A stretch of DNA of 64,000 bases from positions 672,001 through 736,000 of the forward strand of contig OZ242041.1 of assembly GCA_965205215.1 (NCBI GenBank), written 5' to 3'. Of this stretch, positions 39,457 to 49,902 are shown one piece after another. This stretch comes from Nitrosopumilus sp. (lineage in GTDB: Archaea > Thermoproteota > Nitrososphaeria > Nitrososphaerales > Nitrosopumilaceae). Position numbers and translations under genes: made by a program. A model generated the notes under the pieces. The model made no database searches. It was not told the DNA's origin and saw nothing but the letters and a program-made list of their open reading frames with translations. The number at the start of each line of letters is the position of its first letter. Positions within the stretch are counted from its first letter, which is position 1.

Positions 39457-40265
39457 TGCGGATCGCCCTCCTCCTCACTATTTCCGTCCGCTGCGGGGCC
39501 GCGCCGCGCCATCCTCTTGGCGGCCGGTATGGTTATCTTTCCGTCGTACAGCGCGCGCCCCAGTATGACGCCCCACGCCCCCGCGTCCCCCACGGCCTCG
39601 ACGTCGCGCTCGTGCGATATGCCGCCGCTTGCAATGACATCGATGCCGCCGGATATCTGGCAGGCCCTGCCCATGTACGACGTGTCGGGGCCCTGCAGCG
39701 TGCCGTCCCGGCCGACGCTTGTCAGCAGGTACTGGGTGACCCCGACCTCGCGATGCAGCGACGCGACGGACTCGATCATGTCAAGCCCCGTGTTGCTCTG
39801 CCATCCGCGCGTTACGATGCGGCCGTCCAGGTGATCCGCGGAGACCACCACGCGCTGCGGGCCCAGCTCCCGCACCAGCGCGGCAAGCGACTTCCTGTCG
39901 GAGAACGCAAGCGTCCCGACCACTATCCGGTCGGCGCCGGCCTCGGCCGCGTCCACTGCGGCCCGCACGGTGCGCAGTCCCCCTGCCACCTGCACGGGTA
40001 TGGAGACCGCGTCCACGACGCCGCGGACGGCGTCCGCGTTGCTCCCGGAGCCCAGCGTGGCGTCCAGGTCCACCACGTGCAGCATGTCGGCGCCCTCCGA
40101 CTCCCACCGGCGCGCAGCCTCGGCCGGGCTGTCGCCGTATACGGTCTTCTTGCTCGGGTCGCCCTTGTAGAGCCTGACCACCTTGCCGCCCATGATGTCG
40201 ACTGCCGGGATCACCTTTATGGCGTGCTGCCGCCGCCCCCCTGCCGCCGCGGGACTGTCGGCCAT
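39447..40265 (-). CDS. hisA: ProFAR isomerase
   Basis: [33 protein letters not shown]. Confidence 0.95.
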   Translation of the reverse strand: MADSPAAAGGRRQHAIKVIPAVDIMGGKVVRLYKGDPSKKTVYGDSPAEAARRWESEGADMLHVVDLDATLGSGSNADAVRGVVDAVSIPVQVAGGLRTVRAAVDAAEAGADRIVVGTLAFSDRKSLAALVRELGPQRVVVSADHLDGRIVTRGWQSNTGLDMIESVASLHREVGVTQYLLTSVGRDGTLQGPDTSYMGRACQISGGIDVIASGGISHERDVEAVGDAGAWGVILGRALYDGKITIPAAKRMARRGPAADGNSEEEGDPQRP

Positions 40266-40966
40266 TACCTGCGGCACACCCCCAGAAAGTTCCGGATCAT
40301 CTGCCTTCCGACGGGGCCCGACTTTTCGGGGTGGAACTGCGTCCCGAGGTAGTTCCTGTACTCGACGGCGGCCGGTATTATGACGTCGTTGTACGAGGAC
40401 TCGGCAGTCACCACGTCGCCGGCAGACCCTCCCGGAGGGGGCGTCTCCGGCAGCCTGGCCATGTACGAGTGCACAAAGTACACCCACGCGCCGTCCTCCA
40501 CGCCCTCCAGCAGGCGGCCCCTCCTCCTTATCTGGAGGCTGTTCCACCCCATGTGCGGCACCTTCATCGTGTCAGGCAGGGAGGCCACATCGCCGGACAT
40601 GACGCCAAGCCCGGACTCGGATCCCTCCTGGCTCCGTGCAAAGAACATCTCCATCCCGAGGCATATCCCGAGGACGGGCATGCCGTGCCCCACGTAGTCT
40701 GAAAACTTGCTGTCCGGGTCGCGGGTGACCGCCTTCATTGCGGGGTCAAAGTTTCCGACGCCGGGAAGCAGCAGCCCGTCGTAGCGCCGGGCGGCGTCGT
40801 TGATGCCGTTGCCGTTGCTATCGCCACCGCGACGACGGTCACCGTCCCCCCCGGGCCGCGTTGCAAAGTCGCGTATGACGTCCACCGCTGCGCCCTCGCG
40901 CTCTAGCGAGTTTTTCAGGCTGAATATGTTGCCTGCCCCGTAGTCGAATATGGCGACGCGCGTCAT
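40265..40966 (-). CDS. hisH: imidazole glycerol phosphate synthase glutaminase subunit
   Basis: DYGAGN, GICLGM, VPHMGWN, QFHPEKS. Confidence 0.95.
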   Translation of the reverse strand: MTRVAIFDYGAGNIFSLKNSLEREGAAVDVIRDFATRPGGDGDRRRGGDSNGNGINDAARRYDGLLLPGVGNFDPAMKAVTRDPDSKFSDYVGHGMPVLGICLGMEMFFARSQEGSESGLGVMSGDVASLPDTMKVPHMGWNSLQIRRRGRLLEGVEDGAWVYFVHSYMARLPETPPPGGSAGDVVTAESSYNDVIIPAAVEYRNYLGTQFHPEKSGPVGRQMIRNFLGVCRR

Positions 40967-41623
40967 CTACATGGAACCCTTCGTGCTTGGCGCCCTTCCG
41001 GCCCGTTTTGTATCTATTGCCAGCGCGGCCCTGAGCGAGACGGCCAGCGACTTGACGGCGGCCTCGGCCTTGTGGTGGTCGTTTTGGCCGTATCTGACGT
41101 CCAAGTGTATGCAGGCCGCCATGTTATCTAGCAGCGACTGGAAAAAGTGCTCGACGTCCTCCTGCGGCATGTCCTCGATTGCGGGGTTTTGGCCCGACGG
41201 CTTTAGCGCAAGCGACACCCTCACGTACGGGCGGCGCACCAAGTCTATGGTGGACTCGGCAAGCGACTCGTCAAGCGGGACCGACGCGTGGCCGAAGCGC
41301 GCTATGCCGGCCCTGTCCCCCAGGGCCTTGTCTATTGCCGCGCCGACAGTTATGGCCGTGTCCTCTACAAGGTGGTGCTTTATGCCGTCAAGCGACTCGG
41401 CTTTTACTGTCATGTCGATCATGGAGTGCTTTGCAAGGGATACAAGCAGGTGGTCAAGAAAGCTGAGCCCGGTGCTGACCGAAGCGGCGCCGTCCCCGTC
41501 CAGGCTGACTGAGGCGGATACGCGGGTCTCCCCCGTGGCGCGCTCCTCGGTGGCGCTTCTTACTGTCGTCGTCGTTGCGCCGCCGTCATTATCATTGTTA
41601 TCGGCGCCTTCAGCGGTGGGCAT
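40967..41623 (-). CDS. hisB: imidazoleglycerol-phosphate dehydratase
   Basis: [23 protein letters not shown]. Confidence 0.95.
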   Translation of the reverse strand: MPTAEGADNNDNDGGATTTTVRSATEERATGETRVSASVSLDGDGAASVSTGLSFLDHLLVSLAKHSMIDMTVKAESLDGIKHHLVEDTAITVGAAIDKALGDRAGIARFGHASVPLDESLAESTIDLVRRPYVRVSLALKPSGQNPAIEDMPQEDVEHFFQSLLDNMAACIHLDVRYGQNDHHKAEAAVKSLAVSLRAALAIDTKRAGRAPSTKGSM

Positions 41624-41634
41624 TACACCTGTAT

Positions 41635-42699
41635 CTACCCCCTCTCTAGATTTAATGCCTTTGGAATCTCCAGTACGGAGCCAAGCGTAAAGTGCGGGAC
41701 CCCCGCCCCGGCCGCGCGCTCCAGGATCCTGCGCCGCTCATCGGGATTGACGCTTGTCCCCGTGATGCCGCAGAATACGACGTCGGACTCGGCGTCCCTT
41801 GCCATCGCCGCGTCCTCGGCGGAGTCCCCCACGTATATGGCCCTTTTGCAGCCCATGCCCCTTATGCAGTCGTCGAGCCTCTCCGGGTTGGGCTTTGCGT
41901 GATCCCGCGGCTCGTCCTCAAGAAAGGCAGAGTTCCCCAGGTCGAACCATCCCATGACGGGCTCAAGCGTGTACCTGGCCGCCTGCAGCCCGCGGCCCGT
42001 CACCATCGATATCCTCTTGCCAAACCTGCCTGACAGCGCCTCCATGACCGCGTCCGTCACGATGACGTCGTCGCACCTGATGTGTCCTGTCTCGTCTCCG
42101 AGCAGCGGCCTGCCCCCGCGCCCCTCGTATATGTACGAGCCGTAGAACTTCTCGTCAAAGACGCGGCACAGCAGCCCCTTTCTGTCCGGCGACGGGTGGT
42201 CCAGGAGATCCGCGGCGCGGGACATTCCCGCATAGTCCCGCATGTGCCTAATGACTGAGGCGATCCCGTCGGGACCGGAGTTTTTTACTGCCATGTCGAT
42301 TGCCGACTCGTACGTGCAGCCTCCTGCCAGGTGCGGCATTACGGCCGCCAGTGTTATGGCGCACGACACGTCGGTCTCGTCGTTGAAGAGCCCCGTGTTC
42401 TTGAGCCTTTCCACCGTGTGCCTTGACACCGCGCGGTGCGCGGGCATGTCGGGGATGGCAAGCTCCGAGGCTATCCTGCCGGTCATGTATTCTACAGTCT
42501 GCTGTATGGCGCGGTGGTAGGAGCCCGACACGTCCACCAGCACCCCGTCGCAGTCAAACACGATGCAGTCGGCGTCCCGGGTCACGTCCCGTATGGCGTC
42601 ATAGTCGGCCGGCGCCGTCTTGGTGGCCGTGCTGCCGTTGCCACTGTTGCCGTCGCCGTCCCCCGCCAACGAATCACTCCAGCAGGTCGCGGATTGCAA
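41635..42699 (-). CDS. HAD-family hydrolase (probable histidinol phosphatase)
   Basis: [23 protein letters not shown]; within his operon. Confidence 0.85.
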   Translation of the reverse strand: MQSATCWSDSLAGDGDGNSGNGSTATKTAPADYDAIRDVTRDADCIVFDCDGVLVDVSGSYHRAIQQTVEYMTGRIASELAIPDMPAHRAVSRHTVERLKNTGLFNDETDVSCAITLAAVMPHLAGGCTYESAIDMAVKNSGPDGIASVIRHMRDYAGMSRAADLLDHPSPDRKGLLCRVFDEKFYGSYIYEGRGGRPLLGDETGHIRCDDVIVTDAVMEALSGRFGKRISMVTGRGLQAARYTLEPVMGWFDLGNSAFLEDEPRDHAKPNPERLDDCIRGMGCKRAIYVGDSAEDAAMARDAESDVVFCGITGTSVNPDERRRILERAAGAGVPHFTLGSVLEIPKALNLERG

Positions 42700-43897
42700 T
42701 CAGGAACCTGGAGTTCATCTCGCGCGTGCCGACCGTCACGCGCAGGCACCCCTGCCGCCCCGCAACCCTCCCAAGGCGGCGCACCGATATGCCCTGCTCT
42801 GCCAGGGCCGCATGCACGCGCTTGTAGGCCCCCTTTACGTCAAACAGGACAAAGTTCGCGTCAGAGTCGAACACGTCAAAGGCGTCGTGCTTCCTCAGGG
42901 CCTCTATGATGCGGGCGCGCTCGGACTTTACGGCCTTGGCCGTCTCGCGTATCTGGTCGGAGCGGCGCAGCGCCTCCAAGCCCGCCTCGATTGAGATCGT
43001 GCTGAGCGGGTACGGGTACTGCACCACGTCCGTAAACGCGCCGGCAAGGCGCCTGTCGGCTATCATGTAGCCCAGCCGCAGTCCGGCGAGGCCGAACGAC
43101 TTTGAGAGCGTGCGCACCACCGCCAGGTTCGGGTGCCTCCTTGCCATGCCTGATACCGTATACCTGCCAAACTCGCCGTACGCCTCGTCAATTATCACCA
43201 GGCCGTCGAACTTGGATATTATCCTCTGCAGATCGGACTTGGCAAACTGGAAGCCGGTCGGGTTGTTCGGGGAGTCCAGGTATAGGACGTCGGCCCCTTG
43301 CGCCCTCTCCAGAAACGCCGACGCGTCAAGCGTCATGTCGTCTGAGAACGGCACCCCGTCCACCTGCATGCCGTACAGCCGGCACCTGTCCTCGAAGAAT
43401 CCGAAGGTGGGGTCAGACGTCAGTATGCGCACTCCTCCTCCTTCCCTGCCTTGCTTCGCGCCCGCCGCCGCGGGGCCGCCGCGCCCGCCGCCGGCCACAT
43501 GCGCAAGCAGCATGTCCAGTATCTGGTCAGACCCGTTTCCGACTGCAATCATGGACGCCGGCATCTTGGTGAACCTTGAGAGGGCCGCCAACAGCCGCTC
43601 GGTCCCGCCAAGCGGGTACTCCCGCACGTCGGCGTTCCTGCGGGCCGCGATTATTGCGTCTATCTGGAACTGCTTTGGGACCGTATAGTTCTCGTTGGAG
43701 TCGAGCTTTAGCGCGCCGGACAGCATCTCGGGCTTTTGGTAGCCGCCCACCCTGGATATGGCGTCAAGACGGTCTGCAAGCAGCCTTGTCTTGGGTCCTG
43801 CGCGGGGGTGTTTGGGTGATGATTTGGGTGATGATTTGGGTGATGATTTGGGTGATGATGATGGCGACGCTGACGAGTTTGATGCGCGCCTTCCCAT
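42674..43897 (-). CDS. hisC: histidinol-phosphate aminotransferase
   Basis: LDSNEN, GNGSD, SPNNPTG, DEAY, RTLSKSFGLAGLRLG. Confidence 0.95.
   Translation of the reverse strand: MGRRASNSSASPSSSPKSSPKSSPKSSPKHPRAGPKTRLLADRLDAISRVGGYQKPEMLSGALKLDSNENYTVPKQFQIDAIIAARRNADVREYPLGGTERLLAALSRFTKMPASMIAVGNGSDQILDMLLAHVAGGGRGGPAAAGAKQGREGGGVRILTSDPTFGFFEDRCRLYGMQVDGVPFSDDMTLDASAFLERAQGADVLYLDSPNNPTGFQFAKSDLQRIISKFDGLVIIDEAYGEFGRYTVSGMARRHPNLAVVRTLSKSFGLAGLRLGYMIADRRLAGAFTDVVQYPYPLSTISIEAGLEALRRSDQIRETAKAVKSERARIIEALRKHDAFDVFDSDANFVLFDVKGAYKRVHAALAEQGISVRRLGRVAGRQGCLRVTVGTREMNSRFLIAIRDLLE
43811..43858. repeat. 12-bp tandem repeat TTTGGGTGATGA x4 in hisC N-terminus (SSPK)n
   Basis: Directly visible. 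Confidence 0.9.
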
Positions 43898-43996
43898 AAT
43901 CGTCCCGTTTTTTTGCTCTATTATGATGTTTCTGCAATGCTGCCGCTTGCTGCCGTCATCATCATCATCATCACCACCACCACCACAATGCCGCCG

Positions 43997-45421
43997 TCAT
44001 GCGTGCCGACGCCGGCGCCTTGCCCCCGCACCCTCGCGCTTTAGCCTGCCGCGCACGGCCTCGTAGTGGTTGACCAGCCCCTCTGCGTGCGTAAGCTCCC
44101 TCATCATGCCGTCAATCCCGCGGAGCGCGCCCCTCGTGGACCTGACTGTGGTGTGCACCTTGAGATAGTCAAGCACCGAGAGGGAGCCGCGTACTGCCCC
44201 GGTCCGGTTGGTCGGCAGGACGTGGTTTGAGCCAAGCAGGTAGTCGCTTGCAGCAGACGGCGAGTTGCGCCCGACCAGCACCAGCCCCGGCGACGTAACA
44301 ACAGACTCGGCCCGGGCCGCGCCCTTGGACATCATTATCTCCAGGTGCTCCGGCGCCAGCGCGTGGGCCACTGCGGCCCCGTCCTCCATGCTTCTCACCA
44401 CTGCAATGAACCCGTTTCTCGACAGGCTCTTTGATATCAGCGGGCCGCGCTCGAGGCCCGGCACCAGGCCATCTAGGATGCCGTTGACGCGGCGCGCCAG
44501 TGCGGCAGAATCGGTTATCAAATAGCACTGCGTATCCTCGCTGTGCTCGGCCTGTGACACGAGGTCCAGGGCGACTAGCCGCGGCGGCGCGTCCGCGTCT
44601 GCCAGTATGCCAAGCTCGGTGGGCCCTGCCAGCATGTCGATCCCCACGTCTGCTGAGACCAGCGACTTTGCGGCGGTCACGTACGCGCCGCCGGGGCCCA
44701 CTATCTTGTCCACGCGGGGGATGGACTCCGTACCGTACGCAAGGGCCGCCACCGCCTGGGCGCCCCCCGCGCGGTATATCTCCGTGGCCCCGCACATGTC
44801 GGCGGCCACCACCGTAAGCGGGTCGATCATGCGGCCGGCCGCCGCGGGCGCCCCGCCGTGCGGGGGCGTGGGGTCCGAGGCGGAGTCGGAAGGAGGCGGC
44901 GGGAAGGAGGACATGGGCGAGACTGCGACTATCCTCGGCACGCCTGCCACGGCGGCGGGCACTATTGACATTACCGCCGAGGACGGGTACCTTGCAAGTC
45001 CGCCTGGTATGTAGCACCCCACGCTGTCGATGGGGGCAAACCTGCGCGACACCGTGGCGCTGGCCGGGGGCCGCCCGTGGACCGTCTCGACCTTCTTGAG
45101 CGTCCTCATGGTGCGCCTCTCCAGCGCGGCCAGCCGCGCGGCCGCCTCCCTTATCGCCGCGTGCTGTGGCTTGGATACCATCCCGTATGCGGATCTGATC
45201 TCCGACTCCGAGAGCCGGAGGGGCACGCTGCCGTCTGAGAGCCCGCCGAACCTCCTCTCGTGGCGGTAGAGCGCCGCGTCGCCTCCCTCCCGTACGCTTC
45301 GCACTATGGAGCGCACGCGCGCGAGGTCGGGCCCCGCGCGGCGCCCCTTCCCGTCCCGCGCGAGCCGGGCCGCGAACCCCGCCGGGTCCGCCCCCTTTCG
45401 TTGTGTGATGACGCGGATCAA
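43997..45421 (-). CDS. hisD: histidinol dehydrogenase
   Basis: GCYIPGG, GGAQA, IDMLAGPTE, QAEH, APEHL, NHVLPT. Confidence 0.95.
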   Translation of the reverse strand: MIRVITQRKGADPAGFAARLARDGKGRRAGPDLARVRSIVRSVREGGDAALYRHERRFGGLSDGSVPLRLSESEIRSAYGMVSKPQHAAIREAAARLAALERRTMRTLKKVETVHGRPPASATVSRRFAPIDSVGCYIPGGLARYPSSAVMSIVPAAVAGVPRIVAVSPMSSFPPPPSDSASDPTPPHGGAPAAAGRMIDPLTVVAADMCGATEIYRAGGAQAVAALAYGTESIPRVDKIVGPGGAYVTAAKSLVSADVGIDMLAGPTELGILADADAPPRLVALDLVSQAEHSEDTQCYLITDSAALARRVNGILDGLVPGLERGPLISKSLSRNGFIAVVRSMEDGAAVAHALAPEHLEIMMSKGAARAESVVTSPGLVLVGRNSPSAASDYLLGSNHVLPTNRTGAVRGSLSVLDYLKVHTTVRSTRGALRGIDGMMRELTHAEGLVNHYEAVRGRLKREGAGARRRRRHA

Positions 45422-46410
45422 TTCTCCTCATCGCGCTTTATCTCTTCGAGCTCCAGTATCTGGCGCGGCTCGTGGACCACCAGCCCCTGAGCCGTCCTTC
45501 TGAGGACCGGTATCAGCCTGTGGAACTCTTCTTTTGGTATTATGGTGTTGATTCCAAACCACCCCGGCTCGCTCAGGCTGCTGACAGTCGGCTTTTTGAG
45601 CGACGGCATCTCCCCGAGCAGCCTCTTCAGGTTCTTCTCCTCGACGTTGAGGTACAGGTGCAGGTACTTTACGCCGTGCACCGCCCCCCGCAGAAGCGTG
45701 ATGATGTCGTATATCTTCTCCCGCTTTGCCGCGTCGGCAAGCGAGTCCCTGTTTGCAATCAGGTGCGCCGACGACGTCAGTATCTCGTCGGCAATCTTTA
45801 GCTTGTTCTGGCGCAGGGTCGTGCCGGTCTCGGTCACGTCGATTATGCAGTCCATCTCCTCCGGCGGCTTTGCCTCCGTCGCCCCGAACGACAGGTGTAT
45901 CTGCACCATGTGGTTGGATCCGAGCCGGACCCACGGGGTGACCACGAGCGGCCTCTTTGAGCCGTAGTGCTTTTTGTACGAGGGGAGCCTCCTGATGAAC
46001 TCGGACGCCGTGGTGAGGTACTCGGAGGATATGCGCAGCGTCCTCTTCTTCCTGGCATAGTCTGCCACCATGGCGTCGAGCGTCGCGTAGCGGTACTTGT
46101 CTGGAAACGCCACCACGAGCCTGATGCGGCCGTACTCGAGGTCGAGCACGGGATCCACGTCCGAGTCGGTCTCCCCCACCCAGTCGCGGCCGGTTATGCC
46201 CACGTCGTAGAGCCCCTCTGCCACCATGTTTGGGATCTCCTGGGGCCTGAGCATCTTGACTATGATGCCGGGGTCGTCAAGATAGACGCGGTACGTGCGG
46301 TCCTTGCGGTTGACCTTGGTCCAGGCCCTCTCGAGCAGCTTGAACGTGGCCGCCTCAAGCGAGCCCTTTGGAATCGCAAAGCGCACCTGCGCGGCCTTCC
46401 TTGGCGCCAT
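45418..46410 (-). CDS. hisG: ATP phosphoribosyltransferase
   Basis: AIPKGSL, RPQEIP, GATE, DVTETGTTL. Confidence 0.95.
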   Translation of the reverse strand: MAPRKAAQVRFAIPKGSLEAATFKLLERAWTKVNRKDRTYRVYLDDPGIIVKMLRPQEIPNMVAEGLYDVGITGRDWVGETDSDVDPVLDLEYGRIRLVVAFPDKYRYATLDAMVADYARKKRTLRISSEYLTTASEFIRRLPSYKKHYGSKRPLVVTPWVRLGSNHMVQIHLSFGATEAKPPEEMDCIIDVTETGTTLRQNKLKIADEILTSSAHLIANRDSLADAAKREKIYDIITLLRGAVHGVKYLHLYLNVEEKNLKRLLGEMPSLKKPTVSSLSEPGWFGINTIIPKEEFHRLIPVLRRTAQGLVVHEPRQILELEEIKRDEEN

Positions 46411-46508
46411 GCGTGGTATCCCATGCGGGCGCTTATAATCTAGTAGCTTTCCCTGCGACCGCGCGCGCCGTGCGGTGGAAACTGTTGCTGCCGCTGCCGC
46501 TGCCACCG

Positions 46509-47942
46509 TCACTCCGCGGCCCGCCGCTCCGAGCCGAGTATGTCCCTTGCCCCCTGCATCGAGACCGTGCCCTCTGACACCATCTTGCGGACAACCCGGT
46601 CCACCTCGCCCGGACCGGCCCCTGCGGCGACTGCCAGGTTCCTTGCATGCAGCCGCATGTGCCCCTTTTGTATGCCGTCGGTGGCAAGCGCCCGCATGGC
46701 CGCATAGTTCTGGGCCAGCCCCGCGGACGCCATTATGCAGGCAAGCTCGCCGGCCGACCCTGCCCCCAGTATGCGCATGCACGCCCTTGCTACGGGGTGC
46801 ACGGTAACCACGCCGCCCACCACGCCGACTGACATGGGCAGCTCTATCGTGCCGACCAGGTCGCCGCTGCCGTTCCTGCCCCACTGCGTGATCGAGCGGT
46901 ACCTGCCCGTCCTGCACGCGTACGCGTGGGCGGCCGCCTCTATCGCCCTGCCGTCCTGCCCCGTCGCGTTTGCGACTGCTGTGATGCCGTTCATCACGCC
47001 CTTGTTGTGCGTGACGGCGCGGTACACGTCGCAGTCTGCAAACTCAAAGGCCGATATCATGTCGCCTACCACCCCGGGGCCCCCCACTACATCCTGCGGG
47101 AACGTGGCCTGGGCCCTGACCGTGCGGCGCGTGGAGTAGTTTGAGAGTATGCGCAGCAGGGCGCGTGCGCCCCTGTCCCCGTTTTTGTCCCCGCATATGT
47201 CCTCCAAGAGCGGCGCCACTGCCTCGCACATGCTGTTTGTAACGTTGGCGCCCATCGCGTCCCCCGCGTCTATCAGCAGCTCGGCAATCAGCATCCTTCC
47301 CGACGGCGCGTCCACAACGCGGCACGACACCTCCTTTGCGCCGCGGCCCATCTTGGAGAGGGTCGAGCTCTTCGTGTTTGCGAGCGCGATTATGTCCTCC
47401 GACCTCTCGGCTATCCTGCCGGCGGCCGCGTCCGTGTCGGCCACGTCCAAGAGCTGTATCTGGCCTATGCTGTATGCCTCTGACGCGGTTGCGCGAAACC
47501 CGCCGCCCCCGCGGGCCGCCTTTGCCCCCTTTGACGCGGCGGCGATCACGGAGGGCTCCTCTATGGCCATCGGGACCAGGACGTCCCTGCCGTTTACCAC
47601 GAAGTTGGTGGCGACCCCCAGGGGCGTGGCAAGCGTGCCGATGGCGTTCTCCACCATGTTGTCGGCCTGCTCGAAGGCGAGGCCGCCGGACGCGTCCCTT
47701 AGGGCCTCGATGTCCTCGGCGCCGAGGCCGGCGGCGTCGGATATTGCGCCCAGCCGCTCGTCGCGCGTCTTTTCAAAGAATCTTGGTATGGCCGATGATG
47801 ATGATGATGGTGACGATGACGACGCTGTTGTTGGCGATGACGACGCTGTTGTTGACGATGACGCTGACTGTGACGACGTTGGTAGTGACGACGGCGGCGA
47901 GCCGGAGCTCTCCTCCTCTCCTCTTCCCATGCAGGCCATCAC
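46509..47942 (-). CDS. hmgA: class II HMG-CoA reductase
   Basis: ENAIG, EEPSVIAA, DAMGAN, THNKG, GIQKGHM. Confidence 0.93.
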   Translation of the reverse strand: MMACMGRGEEESSGSPPSSLPTSSQSASSSTTASSSPTTASSSSPSSSSSAIPRFFEKTRDERLGAISDAAGLGAEDIEALRDASGGLAFEQADNMVENAIGTLATPLGVATNFVVNGRDVLVPMAIEEPSVIAAASKGAKAARGGGGFRATASEAYSIGQIQLLDVADTDAAAGRIAERSEDIIALANTKSSTLSKMGRGAKEVSCRVVDAPSGRMLIAELLIDAGDAMGANVTNSMCEAVAPLLEDICGDKNGDRGARALLRILSNYSTRRTVRAQATFPQDVVGGPGVVGDMISAFEFADCDVYRAVTHNKGVMNGITAVANATGQDGRAIEAAAHAYACRTGRYRSITQWGRNGSGDLVGTIELPMSVGVVGGVVTVHPVARACMRILGAGSAGELACIMASAGLAQNYAAMRALATDGIQKGHMRLHARNLAVAAGAGPGEVDRVVRKMVSEGTVSMQGARDILGSERRAAE

Positions 47943-49099
47943 CTCTTGATATGTATAAGCCTGTCATCGTCGGGGCCTGCAAATCCCTTGCCGTCCGTGT
48001 TTGACGTTATTACGTACACGCTGCCGTCTTCCGGGTGCACCGCGACGTCCCTTATGCGCCCCGCGCCGCTCAGTATGGTCTGCTGGGACGGCAGCCCCTC
48101 CTCAAAGTCGATCTGGTACAGGTTGGACGCCCTCAGCGACGTCATCACAAACGGCTGGTCCAGCCCCAGCCTGTCGTGGTCGTAAAACGCGATTCCGCCC
48201 GGCTCTATGCTCGGGTCGTAGCACAGGACGGCCGCGCCCGCGCCGTCCTCGCCACCGGAGCACTCGCGGTCGGGCCACCCGTAGTCGGCGCCGGGTATGA
48301 TTATGTTGATCTCGTCGTTCTTCTCGGGCCCGTGCTCTGCGACGTACATGACCCCGTCGCCGTCCCACGCGATCCCCTGCGGGTTGCGGTGCCCCACCGA
48401 GTACACGGCCGAGTCCGGGCCAAACGGGTTGTCCTCCGGTATGGTCCCGTCGTCGTTTATGCGCAGTATCTTGCCGGCAAGCGAGCCGGTGTCGCGCGGC
48501 AGGTGGGACGCGTCAGATACGGTGCCCGTCCCGACGTACAGCTTGCCGTCGGGGCCGAACTTTACAAAGCCGCCGTTTGTGAACTTTGAGCCGGGGATGC
48601 CGTCGATTATGTCCGTCGCGTCGGCCAGCCTGCTGTCGGCCTCTGTGATGCGCACCACCTTGTTCCACAGCGTGGCGGCGCCGTCCTGCTCCCCGGCGCC
48701 GTCCTGCCGTACGTACGTGAGGTACACGTACAGGTAGTGGTTCTCGTCAAAGTCGGGGTGCGCGGCAATCCCGAGCAGCCCCCCGTCAAAGGTGTCGGCC
48801 GCGCGGAACGCGGCAAGCGGCTGCTCCAGAAGGGTGCCGTTCTGCACGACGCGGACTGCGCCCGCCTTTTCGGTCACAAATACGCGGTCCCCGTGTACGG
48901 CAATGGCGCGTGGCTTTTCGAGGCCGGTTGCAAGCGTGGATACGGACGACGCGGCCGACACTGACAGCGCGTCGCCGTCTTCCCGCCCCGACATTGCGGC
49001 CGGATCCGGCAGCGGCAGCGGGTCGGCCGGGGACGAGAGCACCATTACGGAGAACGCGATTGACCCGGCAACTGCCGCGATCTGGATCCTTTTGTCCAT
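47939..49099 (-). CDS. PQQ-dependent glucose/sorbosone dehydrogenase family protein
   Basis: GLLGIAAHPDF, FGPDGKLY, GHRNPQG, DEIN, GRIRDV. Confidence 0.9.
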   Translation of the reverse strand: MDKRIQIAAVAGSIAFSVMVLSSPADPLPLPDPAAMSGREDGDALSVSAASSVSTLATGLEKPRAIAVHGDRVFVTEKAGAVRVVQNGTLLEQPLAAFRAADTFDGGLLGIAAHPDFDENHYLYVYLTYVRQDGAGEQDGAATLWNKVVRITEADSRLADATDIIDGIPGSKFTNGGFVKFGPDGKLYVGTGTVSDASHLPRDTGSLAGKILRINDDGTIPEDNPFGPDSAVYSVGHRNPQGIAWDGDGVMYVAEHGPEKNDEINIIIPGADYGWPDRECSGGEDGAGAAVLCYDPSIEPGGIAFYDHDRLGLDQPFVMTSLRASNLYQIDFEEGLPSQQTILSGAGRIRDVAVHPEDGSVYVITSNTDGKGFAGPDDDRLIHIKR

Positions 49100-49150
49100 T
49101 ACAGCTGCAGATCGTGCCTGCTAATTATCTCTTGGTTGGGAATGCCCGCA

Positions 49151-49471
49151 CTACCGTCTGGCCGCCTTGGGCCTCTTCTTTGTCCGGCGGCGGCCGTTGC
49201 CGCTGCCGCTGCTGCCGCCTGCGCCCTTCTTGGCCCCCTCTGACTTTGCAGCAGAGGTGAGCCTTGCTATGTCCGCCTTTAGCTCCTTGCGCCTGGCCTG
49301 CAGCTCCTTGACTGACTTTGCCGTCTGCTTCATCTCCAACTTTGCGGCCTTTAGCTTTGCGTCGGTCCGGTGGGCGGGGCCGCAGTACACCACGATCCTG
49401 TCGCTCTTCTGGTAGTGCGTATAGTACAGGTACTTTTTGCCGTTTACCGTCCTGACCTCCTGCTTTGCCAC
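49151..49471 (-). CDS. small basic hypothetical protein with coiled coil
   Basis: 106-aa ORF, VNGKKYLY...VYCG, TATA-like sequence upstream. Confidence 0.65.
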   Translation of the reverse strand: MAKQEVRTVNGKKYLYYTHYQKSDRIVVYCGPAHRTDAKLKAAKLEMKQTAKSVKELQARRKELKADIARLTSAAKSEGAKKGAGGSSGSGNGRRRTKKRPKAARR

Positions 49472-49812
49472 GTGGTATGTTACGCTTCATTCTCTTTTAA
49501 CTTGTCGGTTGCAGCCGCCCCGGCGCCGCCCCACGGCCTTGTGGCAGAATGGCACAAATGCTTGCCGCAGGCATCGAACCGCCGGGGGCTTGGCAGACCT
49601 GCCAGCTTGTCTCCTGCGCAGTTCATGAGGCGGGCGGTGCGGGATGGCTGCTTGGGGGTCCGGGCGGTTCTGCGCGCCGTCGCTGCCCTGCTGCTACCGC
49701 TGCTGCTGCAGTCGGGCACGCCTGCTGGCGGATCCCCAGTGTGTGCACAAACTCCGGGCCGCGGACACTCGTATTGAAAGGCGTATATACGGCGCGGGTG
49801 CCGCCATTCTCT

Positions 49813-49902
49813 AGCGGGGTGGGGAAGTCAGACACTTGAGGGCTAGGTCATCCCGGCGGGCTCATAACCCGCAGATCAGTAGTTCAAGTCTACTCCCCGC
49901 TA
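49813..49902 (+). tRNA. initiator tRNA-Met(CAT) with 15-nt D-loop intron (49832-49846)
   Basis: A1:U72 pair, GGG/CCC anticodon stem, CTCATAA loop; BHB-like motif AGTC-AGA/GGCT-AGG. Confidence 0.9.
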
